Shown here: one piece after another, positions 32,049 through 40,324 of the stretch
Layout: each line of letters starts with the position of its first letter
How positions within the stretch are numbered: position 1 is the first letter of the stretch
NCBI GenBank assembly: GCA_963810205.1
Contig: CAWEMP010000016.1
Coordinates: 12,001 to 76,000 of the forward strand
Direction: 5' to 3'
DNA: 64,000 nucleotides
DNA from: an uncultured Acidobacteriota bacterium
GTDB lineage: Bacteria; Acidobacteriota; Thermoanaerobaculia; UBA5066; Gp7-AA6
Program-made: the position numbers and the translations under genes
Notes under the pieces: model-generated
Databases searched by the model: none
Told to the model about the DNA's origin: nothing
Seen by the model: only the letters and a program-made list of their open reading frames with translations

Positions 32049-35000
32049 GTGAATCGTCCCCCGCTCTGGGCCGCCCTCGCCGCCGCGGTCGCGGCGCTGG
32101 CGTGGCTCGACGGCTGGATCGCGCTTCCTCCGACGGCCGGCGTCCGAGGCGGCCCCCCGGAAGAGCTCCGTCGGGCGGTGGAGCGCGCCGCGCAGGATCT
32201 CGCGGGACGTGCGCGGTCGCTCGCCGAGAACCCGGAAGTGGGCCGGTCTCTGGAGGGCGGCGGCATCGCGGTGCAGCGCGACCGGCTCTTTGCGAGCGCG
32301 CGGCAGGCGGTCGCCGACTCCGCCCCGGGGACGTGGATCGCGCTGGCGGACCCGCGCGGCAATCCACAGGCATGGTGGGGCGACGCCCCGTCGCGCATTC
32401 CGCAGGTTCGGGCCCCCGGCACCCTCGAGGTGCGGTGGTCGGCGACCCGAATGGAGCTCCTCCACTGGAGCCTGGCAGGCAGGGAGCCGTTCGCGGGCGT
32501 CATCTGCGCGGGCCGCGCCCTTCCGGCCCAGGCGCCCCACTTCGCCGCCGCTCTCGGACTCTCCGGCGCGGCGGCGGACTGGGAACCGGTCGCACCCGGA
32601 GGAACCGCCCCCGTGCTGCTGGAGACCGCGGGACACGCCGCGCTGCTCGCCGGGCGTCTCGCGCAGCTTCCCCGCGGCCCGGATTCCATGAGCCGCGCGC
32701 TCGTGCTGGCGCTCGTGGTCGCCATGGGTCTCGTGCTCGTCGGAGGCGGAAGGAACTCGTTCGCGATCGGTGCCGGGCTTGCGACCGCCTTCCTGGGAGC
32801 GGAGGCCTTCGCCGCAGCGGGGGAGCGTGCTCTCGCGGCGCCGCGGCCGTGGCTGCTGGCGGCCGGGCTCTTCCTGCTCCCGGCCGGTCTCGCCCGATTG
32901 CGCAGTCGGCAGCCGGGGCGAAGGTGGAGGCGCCTCGCCGCCGGCTACGGCCTTTTTGCCGGCGCGGTCGCCGCGGCCCACGGCACCGTCTTGCCGGACC
33001 TCGGGGCGCGCGTGCCGGTCTGGAGCGCTCAGTTCCTCGGGCTCGTGGCGCTGACGGCGCTGACCGCGTCCGCCCTCGCGATCGGCGCCTGCGCCGGTCC
33101 GCGGGAGGGCCCCGGGGCGTGGACCGGCGCCGCCGTCGCGCTGACGTCGCTCGTCATCCTCGCCGCGATCGTCCTGATCTCGCCCTCTCGCGTCTATCCG
33201 ATCCTCGTAGCCGCCGGGTCCGTCGTGGCCTACGAGGTCTGGCGCCGAGCGATCGCCGCGGCCCCGGAATCGGGCGCGCTCGGGCCCTTCCGCCTGGCCG
33301 CGGGCGCGACGCTGGTCCTCGTGCTCCTGGCCGTGCCGATCCACGCCCATCGGCGCGTGGCGTCGGCCTATCGCGTCGCCCACGCGATTCGGCTGCCCGA
33401 TCCCGAACGCATCTCGCCCAGCGCCGTCGTCGCGGTGCGGCGGGCCGTGGAGCGCGCCGAGAGCTTCGACCTGGCGACGGAGCTCCCGGCGCCGGTCGAC
33501 GACGTCGACCTCTCGGACCTGGCCTACCGCCTCTGGAGAGCGGGCGAGGCGGAGACTCCGTCGGAGACGCTCATCGCATTCGAAGTTTTCGACGGCGGCG
33601 GCCTCCTGCGGAGCCGCTTCTCCCTGATTCCGGAGGCGAGCGCCGTCGGACCGGACGGGCAGCCGGGTGTGCGGATTGAAAGGCATCGCGTGGCTCTCGT
33701 TCAGCAGACGGCAACCCTCTTCGACGGCGGGCAGGCCTGGGGCCGCGCCCTCGTGTCGGTCGCCGACTGGCCGACCTGGGATCCGCTGCCACCCCGCCTC
33801 GAGGTCTATCGGCGCCTCGTCGGAGCGCCATCGCCGCCGGTCTCGACTCCGCGGCCCGTTCTGGTCTTCTACGGACCGGACGGCTCGCGCCGCGAGGAAG
33901 GGCCGGACCTCGACGCGGCGACCTTCGACCGGGTTCGGCGGACCGGAAAGGCCGAGCGCGTGCGGCTCCGGTATCGGGGCGAGGCGCTTTACGGCGAGTT
34001 GCGACCGATGACCGACGGGTTTCAGCTCGTGTCGATCCCGGGACAGGACTTCCTGCCCCGGCTCCTGACCGCGGCGCTTCTTCTTCCGGCGGCCGCGGCG
34101 CTCTACGCGCTCGGCGGCCTGATCGTCCTGATCCGCACGCTGGCGGCCCGGCGAAGTCTGCGCGATCTCTGGCCCCGCGGGGCCCGCACGTTTCGCGGCC
34201 GGCTCGTGGCCCTCTTCGTTCTTTCGGTGATGATCCCGCTGCTCGCGGTGACCTTCTTTCTCCGTGCCTCGATCACCACGCGCTCCCGCCAGGACACCCT
34301 CGACCATGCGCGCACGGCTCTGGAAACGGCGCGGCGCGTTCTCGACGACTACCTTCCGTCGGCCTCGGCCGCCCGGGGAAGGCTCGGGCTCCTCGACGAC
34401 GCGCTGCTGTCCTGGCTCGCCAACGCCGTGGGCTTCGATCTCTCGGTCTATTCGCCGGACGCGCTGCTCGTCGCGAGCTCGCGCCGCGACCTGTATGCCG
34501 CGGGCTTGCTGCCCGAGCGGGTTCCGGGCGCGAGCTACGTGGCCGTCGGGCTGGGCGAGGCCCGGCAGCGCACGGACGCGCGCTTGATCGCGGGAAGCCC
34601 CTTCGAGGAGCTCACGACCGCGCTTTCGGCTCTCCCGGGTGTCCCCGGCGTGCGCAGCCCCGTGCTTCTGTCCCTTCTGCTGTTGCCGCAGCAGCGCATC
34701 GCCGAGGCCGAGGCGTCGCAGCTGACGGCCGCCGTGACGGCGTTCTCGCTTCTCGTGTTCCTCGTTTCGGCGGCGGTCGCCGGGCGCCTCGCCGTCCGCG
34801 TGGCACGCCCGGTGGCCGATCTGGTGCAGGGGACGCGGGCCGTGGCGCGCGGCGATTTCTCGCCCCGCCTGGCCGAACCTCCCGACGAGGAGCTGAGGGA
34901 ACTCGTCCGCGCCTTCCTCTACATGTCCCGCAGCCTCAAGGATCAGACCGATGCGCTCTCGCGCGAGAAGGAGCGGCTGGCGACGCTCCTCGCGCAGCTC

Positions 35001-35963
35001 ACGGCCGGCGTGGTGGCCTACGGGGAGGACCGGCGCGTGTTGCTCGCCAACCCCGCCGCGGCGCGGCTCGCCCGCGGACGGCCCGACGGCGCCACGCTCG
35101 ACGAAGTCTTCCCGGGCGACGAGATGCGCGCGGTCCGGGCGGCCCTCGAGCGCGTCGGTGAACCGGTCTCCGAAGAGCTGGAGCCCCGCCCCGGCGAGCG
35201 GTGGCGCGTCGTCACGGTGCCGCTGCCGCTCGGCGGAACCGGAGCGCGGATGGCCGTCATCGAGGACGTGTCCGACCTCGTTCGGTCGAACCGCCTCGCG
35301 GCGTGGGCCGAGATGGCGCGCATCATCGCCCACGAGATCAAGAATCCGTTGACTCCCATCCGTCTCTCGGTCGAACATCTCCGAGAGGTCTGGCGGCGGA
35401 AGTCGCCGGACTTCGAGCGCGTCCTGGAGGAGTGCGTGTCGAACGTGCTGCGTCAAACCGAGGAGCTGCGGCGCTCGGCCTCCGAGTTCGCGGACTACGC
35501 GCGCCTCCCGAGGCCCGAGCTGAGGCCCACGGACCTCTCCGTCCTCCTGCGGGAGGCGGCGGCCGCGTACGCGGCCGCGCCCGGAATCCGCTGGGCGGTC
35601 GATGCGCCGCCGGGCCTGTTCGCGCTCGCCGATCCGCGCCTCCTCTCGCGCGTCCTCTCGAATCTCGTCGGCAACTCGGTCGACGCCCTTCCCGGGGGCG
35701 GTGAGATCCGGCTCTCGGCCGCGCGGCGAAACGGACGGATCGAGGCGCGCATCGAGGACGACGGCCCGGGCGTGACGCCCCCGATCCTCCCGCGCCTGTT
35801 CGATCCCTACTTCTCGGCCAAGAGCGGCGGAACGGGCCTGGGGCTCGCCATCGCGAAAAAGATCGTGGAGGAACACGGGGGGTCGATCGGAGCCTCCAAC
35901 CGGCCGGAGGGCGGGTTCCGCGTCCGCTTCGACCTGCCCGCCGCTTCGGTGGACCAGGCGTGA
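32049..35963 (+). CDS. very large multi-TM sensor histidine kinase with an NtrY-type HAMP-PAS-HisKA-HATPase core
   Basis: C-terminal core: HAMP (ARPVADLVQGTRAVARGDF), PAS, H-box IIAHEIKNPLTPI, N-box LSNLVGNSVDAL and G-boxes DDGPGV and GGTGLGLAIAK. It is preceded by roughly 850 aa containing at least 10 hydrophobic segments. GTG 32049 is the likely start. Confidence 0.8.
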   Translation: MNRPPLWAALAAAVAALAWLDGWIALPPTAGVRGGPPEELRRAVERAAQDLAGRARSLAENPEVGRSLEGGGIAVQRDRLFASARQAVADSAPGTWIALADPRGNPQAWWGDAPSRIPQVRAPGTLEVRWSATRMELLHWSLAGREPFAGVICAGRALPAQAPHFAAALGLSGAAADWEPVAPGGTAPVLLETAGHAALLAGRLAQLPRGPDSMSRALVLALVVAMGLVLVGGGRNSFAIGAGLATAFLGAEAFAAAGERALAAPRPWLLAAGLFLLPAGLARLRSRQPGRRWRRLAAGYGLFAGAVAAAHGTVLPDLGARVPVWSAQFLGLVALTALTASALAIGACAGPREGPGAWTGAAVALTSLVILAAIVLISPSRVYPILVAAGSVVAYEVWRRAIAAAPESGALGPFRLAAGATLVLVLLAVPIHAHRRVASAYRVAHAIRLPDPERISPSAVVAVRRAVERAESFDLATELPAPVDDVDLSDLAYRLWRAGEAETPSETLIAFEVFDGGGLLRSRFSLIPEASAVGPDGQPGVRIERHRVALVQQTATLFDGGQAWGRALVSVADWPTWDPLPPRLEVYRRLVGAPSPPVSTPRPVLVFYGPDGSRREEGPDLDAATFDRVRRTGKAERVRLRYRGEALYGELRPMTDGFQLVSIPGQDFLPRLLTAALLLPAAAALYALGGLIVLIRTLAARRSLRDLWPRGARTFRGRLVALFVLSVMIPLLAVTFFLRASITTRSRQDTLDHARTALETARRVLDDYLPSASAARGRLGLLDDALLSWLANAVGFDLSVYSPDALLVASSRRDLYAAGLLPERVPGASYVAVGLGEARQRTDARLIAGSPFEELTTALSALPGVPGVRSPVLLSLLLLPQQRIAEAEASQLTAAVTAFSLLVFLVSAAVAGRLAVRVARPVADLVQGTRAVARGDFSPRLAEPPDEELRELVRAFLYMSRSLKDQTDALSREKERLATLLAQLTAGVVAYGEDRRVLLANPAAARLARGRPDGATLDEVFPGDEMRAVRAALERVGEPVSEELEPRPGERWRVVTVPLPLGGTGARMAVIEDVSDLVRSNRLAAWAEMARIIAHEIKNPLTPIRLSVEHLREVWRRKSPDFERVLEECVSNVLRQTEELRRSASEFADYARLPRPELRPTDLSVLLREAAAAYAAAPGIRWAVDAPPGLFALADPRLLSRVLSNLVGNSVDALPGGGEIRLSAARRNGRIEARIEDDGPGVTPPILPRLFDPYFSAKSGGTGLGLAIAKKIVEEHGGSIGASNRPEGGFRVRFDLPAASVDQA

Positions 35964-37466
35964 GGCGCGGCCGCAGGGGTCTCCTCGCGGCCGCCGTGGC
36001 GGTGGCCTCGTGGTGCGGCGGCTGCCGCAAGGCGGCCGGGCCGGCGTCGTCTGCCGGCGATCAGGGAGCCCCTCCGAAGGGGGACGCGGTGTGGTTCACC
36101 GACCCCGCGGCAGTTGGCGATCCCGGAATCGAGGATCGACTCGCGAGATTGTCGGTCGTGGCCGTTTTCCTGCCCGCCGGAGAGCTCAAGCTTGTCGACG
36201 GGCGCTGGGTGCTGCGGCCCGACGCCCCGCCGCCGCATCCGCTGGGACGTGCATCGGCGGTCCTCGTGGCCCGCGCGGGGCCGGATCTCGCCGCGGCGCT
36301 GGCCAGCGAAACCGGGCCGGGCCTCGAGGACGTCGCTCAGCCGCTCGTCGCGGGCCTCGAACCGGCGTTTCGGCCGGGCGGCGCCTATGGACGGGTCATC
36401 GGAGTTCATCTCGATTTTCCGTTCACCGCGGTTTCGGCCCGGAAGGCCGGCGAGCTCGTCGGCTCCGTTCGCGAGCGCTTGCCGGCCAGCGCGTTCCTCT
36501 CGATCGCCGCGGCATTCCCCGCGCCGCAGACGGACGAGTCCCGCAAGGCGCTGGCGCCGCTCGTCGACCGGGCGGACGCACTCGTCGCGCCGATCTTCGG
36601 CCTGGAATCGCGCTCCGACCCTGCGGCGATCGATGCGTTTCGCCGGCCGTGGTGGGCCGCCTTCGGCGCCGCGGTCCGAGGGGCGCTCGTGCGGGCAGGC
36701 GGAGGCGCGCCGGAAGAGATCACCGAGCGATCGCTCGACGCACTCTCCGGGCGACCCCCGGATGGATTTCGAGAACGACCTGTCCGTTCCCGACGCGAGC
36801 TTCGCCGCATTTCACCTGACGGCGCGGAGCCCCGTGCGCTCGGGCGGCCTGGAGCTCCAGGCGGGGGATCGGCTGACGTATCGAATCCCGGCCCTCACCG
36901 AGATGCTCTTCCAGCTCGGCTCGACGATGGCGGGAAGGAGGTTCGCCCTGGGCCGGCTTCTCGTGTTCGGCGGGGCGTCGGAAGCCGCGAGGGTCTTTCC
37001 CGTGGCGGCCCTGGAGGACGTGATCCTGGGCAGGTCGCTGGCCCCGATGCTCTCGACGAGCGTGCGGCCCGCGGGCCGCAACGCCATCGCCGTCGAGGCC
37101 GTGAACTCGTCGGTCCACGCCTCCATCGCCTCGCGCACGGCCAACTGGGTCGAGGTGGACGTGGCGCCGGCGCACCCGGCCGACGTCGCGCCGGGGGGAT
37201 TCGACCGCTATGCCACGTACGACGTCAACGGCCAGCCGGTCACTCCGGGCCGCGCGACGCGCGTGCGCCTGTTCGAGACCATCGTTCTTCCCGGAGAGGC
37301 GGTCTCGCCGGCTCGCATCGTGCTGCGCGGCGCCGTACCGCCGCGATGCTGCCGGTACCGATCGCACCTCATCGCCGCGGCGGGCGCGGAAGTGGAGTCG
37401 AGTTGGACGGATCCGCCCGTGCCCCCGACGCCGACGAAGGCGCCGCCCGCCCGGAAGAAGCGCTAG
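35960..37466 (+). pseudogene. hypothetical lipoprotein, one frameshift as sequenced
   Basis: GTG 35960 overlaps the kinase stop (GTGA). Lipobox-like LLAAAVAVASWCGGC. The frames join at the C5 run 36755-36759 (...SGRPRMDFENDLSVPDASF...). I recognise no family. Confidence 0.55.
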
Positions 37467-37470
37467 CCCC

Positions 37471-38211
37471 TCAGGGGTTCGTGCCGGGCTCGGCGCGGCG
37501 GAAGGCGCCGGCGATTTTCGCGGCGGGCCCCGAGATGACGAAGACCAGTGCGACGCACACGAGGGCGAGATCGGGCCGGAACGCCACGATCGCGAAGAGC
37601 ACGGCGATCGCCGGCAGAATCCAGGCCGGCCGGCGCCGGCGCAGGTCGAGGTCCTTGAACGACCGGTAGCGGATCGTCGAGATCATCAGGTACGACAGGA
37701 TGATCGTCAGGCCCAGCAGGCCTCCCATCCAGAGGCGGGACACCAGGCGCTCGGGCGTGGCGAGGACGACCGTCGCCACCGTTCCCGCCGCCGCCGGAAT
37801 CGGCAGGCCCACGAAGTACTTCTTGTCGGCCACGTGCGTCTGGATGTTGAAGCGCGCCAGCCGCATCGACCCGCAGACCACGAAGAGGAAGGACGCCATC
37901 CACCCGAGCCGGTGAAAGTCCGCGAGGCCCCACGAGTAGGCGAGCACCGCGGGGGCAACCCCGAAGGAGACCAGGTCGGCCAGGGAGTCGTACTCCTCGC
38001 CGAACTCGGAGGTCGAGTGGGTCATTCGGGCGATCCGGCCGTCGAGCCCGTCGAGGACGCCCGCGGCGATGATCAGGTAGGCCGCGATCTCGAACGTCCC
38101 GCGGATGGAAGCCCACAACGACAGGTAGCCGCAGAAGAGGTTCCCGACCGTGAAGAGGGTCGGGAGGATGAACAGGCCGCGCGAGAGGCGCTCGCGGGAG
38201 AGCGCGCCCAT
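37471..38211 (-). CDS. pssA: CDP-diacylglycerol--serine O-phosphatidyltransferase
   Basis: CDP-alcohol phosphatidyltransferase motif DGLDGRIARMTHSTSEFGEEYDSLADLVSFGVAPA, with multiple TM segments. Confidence 0.88.
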   Translation of the reverse strand: MGALSRERLSRGLFILPTLFTVGNLFCGYLSLWASIRGTFEIAAYLIIAAGVLDGLDGRIARMTHSTSEFGEEYDSLADLVSFGVAPAVLAYSWGLADFHRLGWMASFLFVVCGSMRLARFNIQTHVADKKYFVGLPIPAAAGTVATVVLATPERLVSRLWMGGLLGLTIILSYLMISTIRYRSFKDLDLRRRRPAWILPAIAVLFAIVAFRPDLALVCVALVFVISGPAAKIAGAFRRAEPGTNP

Positions 38212-38212
38212 C

Positions 38213-38803
38213 TCAGGAGGCCTTGTTCCAGCGGGCGACGGCCGACTGCCCGGCCTTCAGCTTCTGGCCGGGCGTCACCAGGACCTCCGCCTCGTCCGGC
38301 AAGAACAGGTCGACGCGCGAGCCGAACTTGATCAGGCCGATGCGCTCTCCCCGGCGGACCTCGTCGCCCACGCGCGGGTAGAACACGATCCGCCGCGCGA
38401 GCGCCCCCGCGATCTGCTTGAACGTGAGGGCGCCGCGCACCGTCGAGAGGGTGATCCGGTTCTGCTCGTTTTCGAGCGACGCCTTGTCGGCGAAGGCCGC
38501 GGCCTTGCGCCCGCGGACGTAGGCGTAGTCGGAAAGTCGGCCGTCGGACGGCGCCCGGTTGACGTGGCAGTTGAATACCGACATGAAGATCGAGAGGCGG
38601 CGGCGAGCACCGGCCGGCGCCTCCGGCGCTTCCGCGACGGAGAGAACGGTCCCGTCGGCGGGGGAGACGATGGTTTCCTCGCCGCCCTCCGGCGACCGCT
38701 CGGGGTCCCGAAAAAACTGCAGGAGAAAGAGCGTCGCGGCGAGGAAGAACGCCGCCAGCGGCGGGCTTCCCGTCATGGCGCACAACGCCCCAGCGGCGAA
38801 CAC
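38213..38803 (-). CDS. psd: phosphatidylserine decarboxylase (short form proenzyme)
   Basis: Shows FFRDPERSP, SPADGTV, FMSVFNCHVNRAP and the self-cleavage region IKFGSRVDLFLP. It lies immediately upstream of pssA. Confidence 0.85.
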   Translation of the reverse strand: MFAAGALCAMTGSPPLAAFFLAATLFLLQFFRDPERSPEGGEETIVSPADGTVLSVAEAPEAPAGARRRLSIFMSVFNCHVNRAPSDGRLSDYAYVRGRKAAAFADKASLENEQNRITLSTVRGALTFKQIAGALARRIVFYPRVGDEVRRGERIGLIKFGSRVDLFLPDEAEVLVTPGQKLKAGQSAVARWNKAS

Positions 38804-38844
38804 GGGAACGATGAAGGCCCAGCCCTCCCGGGCGATCGGTACCC

Positions 38845-39069
38845 TCAGCTCGCGACTCCCTCTCGGTGGTGCCGCGCGATTGCCTCCATGCGGTCCTTCA
38901 AGAGGAGCTTTTCCTTCTTGAGCCGCTTTTCTTCCAGTTCCTCGGCTTCGGAGAGGCTCGTCTTGATGGCCAGCAGGTGGAGTCGCTCCTCGTGGTGGCG
39001 GTGCTCCTCGTGCAGGCGGCGAAACTCGGGATCGGCAACGGCCAGTTCCTCTCTGTTCCCGTTTTCCAT
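38845..39069 (-). CDS. DUF465 (YdcH-like) small protein
   Basis: Coiled-coil pattern FRRLHEEHRHHEERLHLL...EEKRLKKEKLLLKDRMEAI. SD AAGGAGG lies 8 nt upstream of ATG 39069. Confidence 0.75.
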   Translation of the reverse strand: MENGNREELAVADPEFRRLHEEHRHHEERLHLLAIKTSLSEAEELEEKRLKKEKLLLKDRMEAIARHHREGVAS

Positions 39070-39151
39070 CGGGTCAAACCTCCTTGTATTGTTTTCGAGG
39101 AGAGCTGCGGGGAAGGCCACGGCCCAAGTCTAGTCCCCGCGTCGGGCGCTT

Positions 39152-39646
39152 TCAACCGCGGGAAGAGCCCGGCAAAAGAGGCAAAACGAGCACGAGCGCG
39201 TCCTCGCCGTCCTGGTAGTAGGTGCGGCGGCGGTAGGCCTCCGCGAACCCGTAGGAGCGGTAGAACTGGCGGGCCGCGACGTTGGAAACGCGGACCTCCA
39301 GCGTGATCGCCGTGGAGCCCATCGAGCGGGCGCGCGCCAGCGCGTCCTCGAGGAGGAGGCGGCCGTAGCCTTGCTTGCGCAGGCGTCGATCCGTCGCGAT
39401 CTTGTTGATGTGGAACTCCTCGTAGAGCGAGACCGCGAAGAGGTATCCGCCGACGCGGGGCTCGCCGCCGTCCTCGCGGGCGAGCACGCGGATGTACCGG
39501 TGCGGCTCGACCAGCTCGCTCGCGAAGAAGTCCCTTTTCCAGGGAGCCGGAAAGGACTCGGACTCGATGCGCGCGACCTCGTCGAGATCGAAGGGCCCGC
39601 CGGCGCGCAGGCGATACGCCGCCGCCCGGGGCTCACGCAGCGCCAT
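39152..39646 (-). CDS. rimI: ribosomal-protein-alanine N-acetyltransferase (GNAT)
   Basis: Shows ARIESESFPAPW and the acetyl-CoA motif RRLRKQGYGRLLLE. It overlaps the tsaB 3' end by 14 nt, the usual tsaB-rimI pairing. Confidence 0.8.
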   Translation of the reverse strand: MALREPRAAAYRLRAGGPFDLDEVARIESESFPAPWKRDFFASELVEPHRYIRVLAREDGGEPRVGGYLFAVSLYEEFHINKIATDRRLRKQGYGRLLLEDALARARSMGSTAITLEVRVSNVAARQFYRSYGFAEAYRRRTYYQDGEDALVLVLPLLPGSSRG

Positions 39647-40265
39647 GCTTTTCCTCGGCGGCGCTCGACCGCGAGTAGATGGCGGCCAGCGACGCCGCAT
39701 CGCGGGGGGAGCGTGCCGCCGCGCGGGCGATCGCTTCGGCCAGGCCCACGGACGGGGCACGGCCGGCTTCGACGGCAAGATCGGCGGGCAGGACGGCGAC
39801 GGCCGCGCCGCCAGCGAGGCTCGCCGCGTCCGCGATCGAAACCCGCGCGGCGGGAGCGACGGAGCACGCGCGGTCGGCCGAAAGGTCGAAGATCTCGCCG
39901 ACGAGCTCGCCGCGCCCCGCGTCGAGAAACGCCGCGACGCGCGGAGCGCCCCAGGGGCGCGCGGCCTCCGCGAGCGCCTCGAGCGTCGAGACCGCCTCGA
40001 CGGGCCGGCCGAGGGCGCGCCCGAAGCTCCAGGCGGTGGCCAGACCCACCCGCAGCCCGGTGAAGGACCCGGGACCCGCGCAGACGACGAAACGCTCGCA
40101 GTCGTCGAGACGGAGCGCCGCGGCCGCGAGTGCGCGGCCGATCGCCGGCAGCAACTCTTCGGACGCGCGGCGGTCGCGAGGGAGGAGCTCTTCGAAGAGC
40201 CGTTCTCCCGCAAGCACCGCCACCGAAGGAATCGGGCCCGCCGTGTCGAGCGCGAGGATGTTCAT
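39633..40265 (-). CDS. tsaB: tRNA t6A37 biosynthesis protein TsaB
   Basis: Shows MNILALDTAG and CAGPGSFTGLRVGLATA. Confidence 0.85.
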   Translation of the reverse strand: MNILALDTAGPIPSVAVLAGERLFEELLPRDRRASEELLPAIGRALAAAALRLDDCERFVVCAGPGSFTGLRVGLATAWSFGRALGRPVEAVSTLEALAEAARPWGAPRVAAFLDAGRGELVGEIFDLSADRACSVAPAARVSIADAASLAGGAAVAVLPADLAVEAGRAPSVGLAEAIARAAARSPRDAASLAAIYSRSSAAEEKHGAA

Positions 40266-40324
40266 GATCCGTTGGCGCGACGGCCGCAGGCGCAGCCGCC
40301 GCTTGGGTCTATGCTAGCACCGGC

